Shown here: positions 1 through 6,623 of the stretch, in pieces
Layout: the number at the start of each line of letters is the position of its first letter
How positions within the stretch are numbered: the stretch's first letter is position 1
From: an uncultured archaeon
Lineage (GTDB): Archaea > Iainarchaeota > Iainarchaeia > Iainarchaeales > 0-14-0-20-30-16
Assembly (NCBI GenBank): GCA_964595665.1
Contig: CAZQQS010000003.1
Coordinates: forward strand, 33,145 to 51,705
Direction: 5' to 3'
DNA length: 18,561 bases
Translations under genes and position numbers: made by a program
Notes under the pieces: generated by a model
Told to the model about the DNA's origin: nothing
What the model saw: the letters and a program-made list of their open reading frames with translations, nothing else
Database searches by the model: none

Positions 1-288
1 ACAATTTACATTAAAATTTGGTTTTTTAGTAGTTAATGTGTTAAAACAAAAGTCTCTAATTTCTCCAAAATCAAAAATTCTTTGGTTTTTTTGTTCTAAA
101 ACACAATCCAAATATAAATTATAATCTATATTGAAAGTAGAAGTATTTGAAAATATATTTGAAACCTTATCTGCTAATTGATAATAACCTATACAATCAT
201 CATAATCATTGTATAATTCACAACCTGAATGAGAGAATAAAAACCCCATAAAAAATATACTTATTATTCCTAAAACCCAAAATCTCAA
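1..288 (-). CDS. Hypothetical secreted/lipobox-like protein, partial (3' end outside window)
   Basis: The minus-strand frame is open for all 96 codons from TTG at 288-286 to the window edge, which is unusual in AT-rich DNA. An alternative ATG lies at 249-247. The N-terminus LRFWVLGIISIFFMGFLFSHSGC looks like a signal peptide ending in Cys. It is absent from the ORF track because it is truncated. Confidence 0.4.
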   Translation of the reverse strand, partial: MRFWVLGIISIFFMGFLFSHSGCELYNDYDDCIGYYQLADKVSNIFSNTSTFNIDYNLYLDCVLEQKNQRIFDFGEIRDFCFNTLTTKKPNFNVNC

Positions 289-335
289 AATATCACTCCC
301 ATATAATAAAGAAATTAAGTTTATTAAGTTATCCT

Positions 336-500
336 TTATAAGAATATTCTTAAAAATAAAACTAATAATCCAAATACTACTGCGCTAACCATTACTATTT
401 CTGGTGTTAATCTAATTAAAGATTTAGAATTTTCTGAAAAAGATACTAATCCTAAAGATGAACTTGGACCTTGAGATGGCTTGTTTTTATTAAAATGCAT
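336..500 (-). CDS. Preprotein translocase subunit Sec61-beta (archaeal SecG/Sec-beta)
   Basis: The tail-anchored 54-aa protein MHFNKNKPSQGPSSSLGLVSFSENSKSLIRLTPEIVMVSAVVFGLLVLFLRIFL aligns by eye to the archaeal Sec-beta pattern (G-L-[IV]-x-[FY] ... P-E-x-V followed by a C-terminal TM). I use the internal ATG at 500 rather than the track start at 542. Confidence 0.7.
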   Translation of the reverse strand: MHFNKNKPSQGPSSSLGLVSFSENSKSLIRLTPEIVMVSAVVFGLLVLFLRIFL

Positions 501-576
501 TATATCACCTATATTATAATAATTAGAAACATATAAAAACATATATTACTTATTTAATTATTGTATTGGTGTTAAT

Positions 577-1257
577 ATGAATCAGAAGGGAGATTTTTTT
601 ATATATATTATTTTTTCAATAGTAATTTTATTAATTGCAGCAATAATATTTTATGTTTATCAAGGTAACGATGGTTTTAATGTTTTTAATAAAGATTTAG
701 ATGTTAATTTTTCAAATTCATTAGATAATACTTTAAATAATAGTAAATTGCCTCAAACAACTGTGCAAAAGCTAGATACTTATAAGAATTCTTATGCCTT
801 TAAAGCCGAAATAACAATTAATAATAGTTACGAATTAAAGGACAATAATATTTCAATAGAGGGAAAACCAACATTAAAAATTTCAGATAGGGATTTTGTA
901 TTAAAAAACCCATATTTAAGCCATTTTAAAGGGTCTATTGGAAATACTTTAGAAGGGTATGTTAATACAATTTATATTGATGATAGTGAAATAATTATTA
1001 AAAGTAAAATTTATTCTGATTTTAATGATATAGAGAAAATAACTATTGAAGATTTAAAAATAAATTTTGAAAATACAAACATTAATGGAAAACTATATTA
1101 TGAAAACAAAGCTTATGATTTGAATAAAGCATATTTAAATTTTAAAGGTTTTGAAGGGGATGCGATCATAAACCCTAAAAAAAATACAATTACTTTTGAT
1201 GGTAAAATTGGGTATTTAAAATTTAAAGTAGATGGTTTAACTACAACTTTAGAGTGA
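577..1257 (+). CDS. Hypothetical N-terminally membrane-anchored extracellular protein
   Basis: 226-aa ORF with GGTG 7-10 nt upstream of the ATG. It has a single N-terminal TM (FFIYIIFSIVILLIAAIIFYVY) followed by an Asn/Lys-rich beta-type region. It is first in a three-gene cluster with 4-nt spacers. Confidence 0.65.
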   Translation: MNQKGDFFIYIIFSIVILLIAAIIFYVYQGNDGFNVFNKDLDVNFSNSLDNTLNNSKLPQTTVQKLDTYKNSYAFKAEITINNSYELKDNNISIEGKPTLKISDRDFVLKNPYLSHFKGSIGNTLEGYVNTIYIDDSEIIIKSKIYSDFNDIEKITIEDLKINFENTNINGKLYYENKAYDLNKAYLNFKGFEGDAIINPKKNTITFDGKIGYLKFKVDGLTTTLE

Positions 1258-1261
1258 TATT

Positions 1262-2200
1262 ATGGAAAAATTTGATTATATAACAGTAATAAAATCAGCA
1301 ATAATAACTATAATTTTAGTATTTGTTTTGATATTTGCATTAACTTATACGCATATAGTTCCTTGTAAATCTATTGGTAAAAGTTGGTGTGATGTTTATT
1401 ATGGGATTGTTGGAGCACCAAAAATATTAGTTGTTTTTGGAAGCGATGGCTTAGGAAATGTTGAAAAATTAGAAGCTATATTAAATGATAAAGCATTATT
1501 CCAAATACACCCTCAATTAAAACATGTAGATACCATATTAACTTTGTCATATTTAAAAAATTATGATATGGTTATAGTTACCCAAGCAAAAACTTTAAGT
1601 AATAAACAAATTCAAATATTTTACGATTATGTAAATTCTACAAATGGAGTTTTAATTTGGACTGGAGATTCTGGAACTAATTTAGCACCAAATGAAAAAA
1701 AAGCATCTGAGTTTAAAGATTTAAATTTGCCAAATCATCCTTGGGTAAGAGTTGTTGAAGATAATAAAATTTTAGATTTTAGAATTATATTATCTGCAGA
1801 ATATATTAATAATTATTGTACTATAGTTAATTGTAATAATGATTTGAAAGGGTATGTTGGAGATTTTATTCAAACTGAAGAAGGATCTTTTGCAGCAGGA
1901 ATTAAACCAGGAACTAATTTTTCAGGAGATTTTGCAGTTGTAACTTACATTTACAACACATCTTCAAAAATTGATTTATCTGTAGATGCACAAACTAATT
2001 TACAAAATACAGATAATACTAAAATAAATAAAATTATTCCATTAATAATTAGGGGCCAAATAGGTCGAAAAGTAGTATATAGTGCTATGCCTTTAGAATA
2101 TTATATTGATGTGCCTGGATTTGAACAATCTAATACGGGAATGAACTTGCCTTTAACAACTAGATATTTATTTGAAGAATATTTAGGTTATATAAAGTGA
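1262..2200 (+). CDS. Hypothetical N-terminally anchored protein, possible GATase1/ThuA/DUF4350-like flavodoxin-type fold
   Basis: 312-aa ORF starting 4 nt after the upstream stop, with an N-terminal TM. The segment KILVVFGSDG...YDMVIVTQAKTLSNKQIQIFYDYVNSTNGVLIWTGDSG fits the strand-helix pattern of GATase1-like or DUF4350-type domains. The fold assignment is inference only. Confidence 0.7.
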   Translation: MEKFDYITVIKSAIITIILVFVLIFALTYTHIVPCKSIGKSWCDVYYGIVGAPKILVVFGSDGLGNVEKLEAILNDKALFQIHPQLKHVDTILTLSYLKNYDMVIVTQAKTLSNKQIQIFYDYVNSTNGVLIWTGDSGTNLAPNEKKASEFKDLNLPNHPWVRVVEDNKILDFRIILSAEYINNYCTIVNCNNDLKGYVGDFIQTEEGSFAAGIKPGTNFSGDFAVVTYIYNTSSKIDLSVDAQTNLQNTDNTKINKIIPLIIRGQIGRKVVYSAMPLEYYIDVPGFEQSNTGMNLPLTTRYLFEEYLGYIK

Positions 2201-2204
2201 TTTC

Positions 2205-3926
2205 ATGGACGATTTTGATTTTAATATAAGTGATGACTTCCAAAATTCTGAAAAGCCCAAAAGTTCTTTAAACTTAAAAAAATATGCTGGTCCAATAATA
2301 AAAATTATAATTTTATTAGGAATATTATTTGTTTTAGTTTGGTTTTTCTTTTTAAGATATGCTGAAGTAAGTATTTATATTACTGCAACAGATACCTCTA
2401 AATCTTTAGATAGTGGAATTATTTATTTAAATGATAAAACATATAATCTAGGGGAAACTTTTAAAATTGTTCCTGGAGATTATGATATTCGTTTAAGCGA
2501 TATAGACTCAAAAAAATATTATTTATTGGATTCAGATTCAGTAATAACTATCAATAAAGATTCAGGAGATATAGATCTGAAAGCTTATCCTTTAGAATTT
2601 AAAAAATTATCTAACTTTGTTTTATCTTTACCTTCAGAAATATATGAAAACCAAAATATAAAAATAACTTTAGAGGTAAATAATACCAATGATTCTCCTT
2701 TAAATGTAATAATAAAAGGAGATAAAGATTTTAATTCTTTATCTGAAGAATTCACATTAAATAAAGGCCCAAATAAAAAAGAATTTTATTTCAAAAATAC
2801 TTTAAAAAAGGGTGCTACTTTTAAAGGCTCAATTTATTTTGATTCTGCAAAAGGTATTTCAAAACTAACAGAATCAGTTAGTTTAAAAGTAAATGCAGCT
2901 CCAATATTAAAATTCAAAAATTTGAAAACCAGTTATAAAGTAAATGCGGGACAAGATTTAGAATTAACTCTGGAAATAGATAATTCCTCAAATATTAATA
3001 TTGAAAATCTAAATTTAGATTTTGAAAATTCATCATCAAATATAGATTTATTAAAAAGTATGGTTGTAGAAAGTACAAAAGATTTGAATATAATTTCAAA
3101 AGATATTGGCACAGCTAAAGTTATTTTTAAAATTCCTATTGATATAACTTTAAAAGAACAATATTTTGATATTATTTATAGAAATTCGTATTCTGAAGCT
3201 AGACAAAAAATTACTTTAGAGATAATTGCTCCAGAAATAATTACTCCAAAATTATTAGATTTTGGTAAAATAACTGCTAGTCAAACTTTAATTACAAAAA
3301 TAATTCCAATAGAAAATAAAACTAATTATTCTATAAAGATAACTGATTTTGATATTGATATTACTACTGCACAACCTAAAAATTCAATATCTGATTTAAA
3401 AGCAATATTTTCTTCAGTAGATTTCTTAGAAGATATTCCTGCTAATGGTTCTACAAGCGGTACAGCAAATGTTATTATCCCCTCAACATTCTTATCTGAT
3501 ATGGTTACTGGAAATATAACTTTAAAAACAGATTATTTTGATATTAAAGTGCCTTTTAAATTAGAAATTCTAGAATTAAAAATCGCTTTAGATTTTGAAA
3601 ATCTAAATGACAAATATACATTTACATATGATCCAGTTACAACTATGGGTATACCTAAAAGCAATTTTATTAATTTAAAAAATACTGGGAATATAGATTT
3701 AAGTATTAAAAATATTTATGTTGACTGTTCAGAATTAGATATTACATTAGGAATTCAAAAACCATTTGATTTAAAAGTTGGAGAAAAACAAGAATTCTTA
3801 TTAAATCAAAAATCAATTCCAAAAAGTAGTTTGCCTTCTGAAAAAGTTTGTAATTTGAATATCACATATATTGATCCAATATCTAAATTTGATAAAGTGT
3901 TTAGTAAATTAGTTATAATTGCTTAA
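2205..3926 (+). CDS. N-terminally anchored surface protein with about four Ig-like/CARDB-like beta-sandwich repeats
   Basis: 573-aa ORF starting 4 nt after the upstream stop, with a TM at about residues 30-50. About four ~100-aa units carry recurring patterns (LDFGKI..., LKNTGNIDLSIKNIYV, ITLEVNNTNDSPLNVII) typical of CARDB/ASH/DUF11-type domains. Confidence 0.8.
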   Translation: MDDFDFNISDDFQNSEKPKSSLNLKKYAGPIIKIIILLGILFVLVWFFFLRYAEVSIYITATDTSKSLDSGIIYLNDKTYNLGETFKIVPGDYDIRLSDIDSKKYYLLDSDSVITINKDSGDIDLKAYPLEFKKLSNFVLSLPSEIYENQNIKITLEVNNTNDSPLNVIIKGDKDFNSLSEEFTLNKGPNKKEFYFKNTLKKGATFKGSIYFDSAKGISKLTESVSLKVNAAPILKFKNLKTSYKVNAGQDLELTLEIDNSSNINIENLNLDFENSSSNIDLLKSMVVESTKDLNIISKDIGTAKVIFKIPIDITLKEQYFDIIYRNSYSEARQKITLEIIAPEIITPKLLDFGKITASQTLITKIIPIENKTNYSIKITDFDIDITTAQPKNSISDLKAIFSSVDFLEDIPANGSTSGTANVIIPSTFLSDMVTGNITLKTDYFDIKVPFKLEILELKIALDFENLNDKYTFTYDPVTTMGIPKSNFINLKNTGNIDLSIKNIYVDCSELDITLGIQKPFDLKVGEKQEFLLNQKSIPKSSLPSEKVCNLNITYIDPISKFDKVFSKLVIIA

Positions 3927-5077
3927 TTAAAAATAATTGTTTTTTCTTTTAATTCATAATCTTTTATTGAAACATTGTCTCTATTTTCAGATATTTTCTT
4001 AATATATTTTATCTCGTCTTCAATTACTTTACTAAAAATTAATTTTCCAGCTATTGGCACATAATCATACAATTTTATTTCATAATTTTTATCTATTGTA
4101 ATTTTAGCAAATCTTTTAGTTTTAGGGATTAAAAACCAAGCATCTGAACTTACTGTATATTCATCTCGCCAAGTATCCAAAATAAAAATATTTTTATTAG
4201 CAATATTTGTTTCTATTTTTTTATGAACATGTCCAAAAAATATTATGTCTTGGGGTATTTTTTTTACACCTTCATATAAATCTTTTATATCTACATCATA
4301 ATGACTTTTAAAAATATTAATAAAAGATTTTTTAATCATACTTAAATATGCTAAAAAATATCCTCTAGCTATGTAAGTATATAATGAAAAAATCATATTA
4401 TAAACAAAATATTTAAATAATAAAACCAACATTTCAGATTTTATAGGTTTATTAAACTTAAATAATATTGTTTTATCATTAATTCTTTCAACAAATGGGT
4501 GCCATTCTTTTGAATCCATAAAAAAAGAACTAAATCCTGAAAATAATGTAGGTATGTTTAATTCAACAGTATTTTTATAAGGTTTAAACACATTTCTTCT
4601 ATCAAATGTAAAATAAGTATCGTGCATATTACCATGTTCAAAATATAATCTCTTTTCAGCATAGCTATAATCAAAGAAAATATTTTTACTTTCAAAAATT
4701 TCTTTCATTCTTTCTTGAACTGCTGGAAATAATAATTCGTAATCATGATTTCCAAAAATAAAATAAATTTTATTTTTATCTTCTTTTAAGAATTTTTTTA
4801 AACAATCAAATACTTTAGAATGTGCTTTGTAAATAGATTCTAATTTTTCTAAAGCATTCATTGGGGTTACATGTTCTAAATAAAATGTCCATTTGTCTCT
4901 TACAATAGGTGTTTTTAAAAAATCGAAAGTATCTCCGTTTAAGATTAGATCTACAGGATTTTTAGTTTTTGAAAATTTTTCAATAGTTTGAATAAAAAGA
5001 TTATCTGCTACAAAATCATCAGTTAATGTTCCTGAGCCCAATTCAGTATCTGAAAAAACTAAAATCTCTTTAACCAT
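3923..5077 (-). CDS. Calcineurin-like metallophosphoesterase, LpxH-like architecture (COG2908-type) with hydrophobic lid insertion
   Basis: MPE motifs appear in order: FSDTELG (DxH with His replaced by Glu), NGDTFDF, GNHD, EHGN, GHVH. A ~130-aa insertion between the last two motifs contains the hydrophobic stretch MLVLLFKYFVYNMIFSLYTYIARGYFLAYLSMI, placed like the LpxH lid. ILDTW after GHVH parallels LpxH VLGAW. Confidence 0.85.
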   Translation of the reverse strand: MVKEILVFSDTELGSGTLTDDFVADNLFIQTIEKFSKTKNPVDLILNGDTFDFLKTPIVRDKWTFYLEHVTPMNALEKLESIYKAHSKVFDCLKKFLKEDKNKIYFIFGNHDYELLFPAVQERMKEIFESKNIFFDYSYAEKRLYFEHGNMHDTYFTFDRRNVFKPYKNTVELNIPTLFSGFSSFFMDSKEWHPFVERINDKTILFKFNKPIKSEMLVLLFKYFVYNMIFSLYTYIARGYFLAYLSMIKKSFINIFKSHYDVDIKDLYEGVKKIPQDIIFFGHVHKKIETNIANKNIFILDTWRDEYTVSSDAWFLIPKTKRFAKITIDKNYEIKLYDYVPIAGKLIFSKVIEDEIKYIKKISENRDNVSIKDYELKEKTIIFN

Positions 5078-5107
5078 AAATAGTATAAATTAATAATATA
5101 TAAAAAA

Positions 5108-5671
5108 CTATAGTTTTGTTTTTTTTGGTTTAGCTCTTGTAAATTTATGAAACTTACCTTTCCAAAAATGCTCATATTGAGATTTTGTATAATAAAAATG
5201 ATCATGTAATTTTGAAAAAAACGAGGAATTCTTAATTTTTTTAATCCCCTTTGAAATAAATCTAAAAAATTTAGATAATTTTTCAAACCTTGCTAAGAAA
5301 ACAACTAATTTTTCAGATTTTAAAATTCCGTGTAAAATCCCTTGCCCTAATGCAATTCTTTCTGTTGCTTGTCCTATCCTTATAACACTTCTACCTACTC
5401 TAAAAATCAAACCAAAAGGCATTACCGCTAAAATATCCAACCAAGAATTCTTAAAAAAATATTTTAAATTAGGAGATAAAAAATAAATAGATATTAAATC
5501 AACTACAAAAACACTTATTATCAAATAATCTAAAATTTTTACAATTAAATGTACTGTCTGATTTTCAATATGTACTGCAAATTCTAAAATTATAACTATT
5601 ATTAATAACACTAAGGCATAAGGCATTATTTTATCAGTAATTCTATTTACCTTCATAAAAAAATTCTTCAT
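5108..5671 (-). CDS. Stand-alone voltage-sensor-like domain protein (Ion_trans S1-S4 only, no pore)
   Basis: 187 aa with four predicted TM helices. S2 is ISVFVVDLISIYF, with F-x-x-D like the Kv charge-transfer centre. S3 is YFFKNSWLDILAVMPFGLIF, like Kv YF..WNIIDLLAILP. S4 is RVGRSVIRIGQATER. No S5-P-S6 or TVGYG-type filter follows, only a basic amphipathic tail. A TATA-like TTTATATG at 5693-5700 is consistent with a leaderless start at 5671. Confidence 0.75.
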   Translation of the reverse strand: MKNFFMKVNRITDKIMPYALVLLIIVIILEFAVHIENQTVHLIVKILDYLIISVFVVDLISIYFLSPNLKYFFKNSWLDILAVMPFGLIFRVGRSVIRIGQATERIALGQGILHGILKSEKLVVFLARFEKLSKFFRFISKGIKKIKNSSFFSKLHDHFYYTKSQYEHFWKGKFHKFTRAKPKKTKL

Positions 5672-5692
5672 ATGCTATAAACAAAGATAAAA

Positions 5693-5700
5693 CATATAAA
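5693..5700 (-). promoter_or_regulatory. TATA-box candidate for the voltage-sensor-like gene (leaderless transcript)
   Basis: The minus strand reads TTTATATG, centred about 26 nt upstream of the ATG at 5671. No SD-like sequence lies in between. Confidence 0.4.
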
Positions 5701-5753
5701 CTTAATATTTTAAAATAGATAAAATAATTAAAAAGAAAGAAAAAATAAAAAAA

Positions 5754-5828
5754 TGGGCGAGGCCGGATTCGAACCGGCGACCTCACGATTATCAGTCGTG
5801 TGCTCCAACCAGGCTAAGCTACACGCCC
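5754..5828 (-). tRNA. tRNA-Ile (anticodon GAU)
   Basis: 75-nt hand-folded cloverleaf. Acceptor is GGGCGUG/CUCGCCC with one U6-U67 mismatch. Anticodon arm is CACGA-CUGAUAA-UCGUG. T arm is GCCGG-UUCGAAU-CCGGC. Discriminator is A and no CCA is encoded. Confidence 0.9.
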
Positions 5829-5849
5829 ACAAATACAATTTATGCATAT

Positions 5850-5859
5850 TTTATATAAA
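5850..5859 (-). promoter_or_regulatory. TATA box for tRNA-Ile
   Basis: The palindromic TTTATATAAA lies 22-31 nt upstream of the mature tRNA 5' end, which is classic archaeal spacing. Confidence 0.5.
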
Positions 5860-5970
5860 AATAAGGTAATTTAATATATAAACAAAATGTTTTTAAATCT
5901 CTCTTTATCCTTATAAAGATATATTTATATTCCCTCTGAAGATATATATTTACTTTTAAATGGTGAACCT

Positions 5971-6369
5971 ATGGCTATAACTTCAGAATACTTTGATCCT
6001 AATAAAGCTCAGATGAAAGAATTAGAATTGATTTTAGATGAAAATGATGATATTTTAGATTGTATAAAATTATCTATGAAAGAAAATAATATTATTTCAG
6101 CAGATATTATCCTTTTTGAGGGAGAAGTAATTAATTTTAGTGTTAATTATTTTGAAAGAGGATCATTAAAAAACGTTAAATTCTTTGAACCTCATAATAT
6201 AGTTAAAGGAATAGGCCAATTTAAATATGATTATATTAAAGATTCTATCTTTGGAAGAGTAAGAATAGTTTATTTACATAAAGAGAAGACTTTCGATGGT
6301 ATTTTGATGTCTGGTAAAGCAAAAGATGGTTTTAAAATTACCTTATCTTACTTAGAACAAAGAGAATAG
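5971..6369 (+). CDS. Hypothetical small cytoplasmic protein (possible PPC/DUF296-like fold)
   Basis: 132-aa ORF with GGTGA SD at 5962-5966, 4 nt before the ATG, and no TM. The pattern ELILDENDDILDCI...ADIILFEGEVINFSVNY...VRIVYLHKEKTFDGILMSGKA loosely fits PPC/DUF296 proteins. This family assignment is weak inference. Confidence 0.65.
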   Translation: MAITSEYFDPNKAQMKELELILDENDDILDCIKLSMKENNIISADIILFEGEVINFSVNYFERGSLKNVKFFEPHNIVKGIGQFKYDYIKDSIFGRVRIVYLHKEKTFDGILMSGKAKDGFKITLSYLEQRE

Positions 6370-6441
6370 GCATAGCTATTTAAAGAATTTGTTTCTTAAA
6401 TATAGAAATACTCAAATTTTGCTTTTTTAAAAAGCATAGAT

Positions 6442-6578
6442 CCCGACTTAGTTTAGTGGCTAAAGCGTCCGGCTGTAGATGTTTCGAGCTTTATAGGTCT
6501 TCAACCATTCCTCCTCGGCAAGGTTGCCTATATGAAGCAGAAACCGGAATATCCCCGGTTCAAATCCGGGAGTCGGGA
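6442..6578 (+). tRNA. tRNA-Tyr (anticodon GUA), intron-containing
   Basis: Exon 1 is 6442-6478 and exon 2 is 6543-6578, giving a 73-nt mature tRNA. Acceptor is CCCGACU/AGUCGGG with C1:G72, the archaeal/eukaryal Tyr identity pair. Anticodon loop is CUGUAGA. T arm is CCCGG-UUCAAAU-CCGGG. Discriminator is A and no CCA is encoded. Confidence 0.85.
6479..6542 (+). other. tRNA-Tyr intron (64 nt) at canonical 37/38 position
   Basis: The central 4-bp helix C32-G6540, U33-A6539, G34-C6538, U35-G6537 is flanked by the 3-nt bulges A36-G37-a6479 and a6541-a6542-A38, which fits a bulge-helix-bulge motif. The outer helix is imperfect. The intron interior contains a GGCA-aggt-UGCC hairpin at 6518-6529. Splice-site boundaries are uncertain by about 2 nt. 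Confidence 0.7.
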
Positions 6579-6623
6579 CTCATTCTTATTTTATTGAAAT
6601 TTCAAAAGAAAAAAAAAGAAAAA

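Noticed and set aside
501-542. N-terminal 14-codon extension of the Sec61-beta ORF (track start at 542)
   Set aside because: The extension (MFLYVSNYYNIGDI) has no counterpart in Sec-beta proteins and would consume the divergent promoter region. The internal ATG at 500 gives a typical ~54-aa protein. The longer form cannot be excluded.
577-660. Possible type IV pilin-like (class III) signal peptide, MNQKG-DFFIYIIF…
   Set aside because: K-G precedes a hydrophobic stretch, but the residues after the putative cleavage site (D-F-F) do not fit the usual FlaFind-type pattern ([KRDE][GA][ALIFQMVED][ILMVTAS]…). No pilus assembly genes (ATPase, PilC-like, prepilin peptidase) are nearby. I treat it as a plain TM anchor.
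5059-5286. 75-aa minus-strand ORF from the track
   Set aside because: It overlaps the 3' part of the better-supported voltage-sensor-like gene in another frame and the start of the phosphoesterase gene. It has low-complexity composition and no motif, so it is most likely spurious.
5754-5828. U6-U67 mismatch in the tRNA-Ile acceptor stem as a sign of a pseudogene
   Set aside because: All other stems, the conserved T loop (UUCGAAU), U8, and a well-placed TATA box are intact. A single acceptor mismatch is tolerated in functional tRNAs.
5916-5952. Direct repeat AAGATATAT(AT)TTA spaced 23 nt upstream of the 132-aa gene
   Set aside because: It is alternating AT sequence in an AT-rich promoter region and most likely represents alternative TATA-like boxes. 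It is too low in complexity to call a regulator-binding site.
6479-6542. C/D-box sRNA or other guide RNA hidden in the tRNA-Tyr intron, and the CCTCC (anti-SD-like) pentamer at 6510-6514
   Set aside because: I found no RUGAUGA C box or CUGA D box in the intron. The CCTCC is a 5-mer that can easily occur by chance and is partly involved in an intron-internal stem.
5754-6578. Integrated mobile element or genomic island at the tRNA genes (also tRNA-Cys at 14569-14639)
   Set aside because: The window has no integrase, recombinase or transposase ORF. I could find no partial duplication of any tRNA 3' end, and neighbouring genes are ordinary housekeeping or membrane genes.
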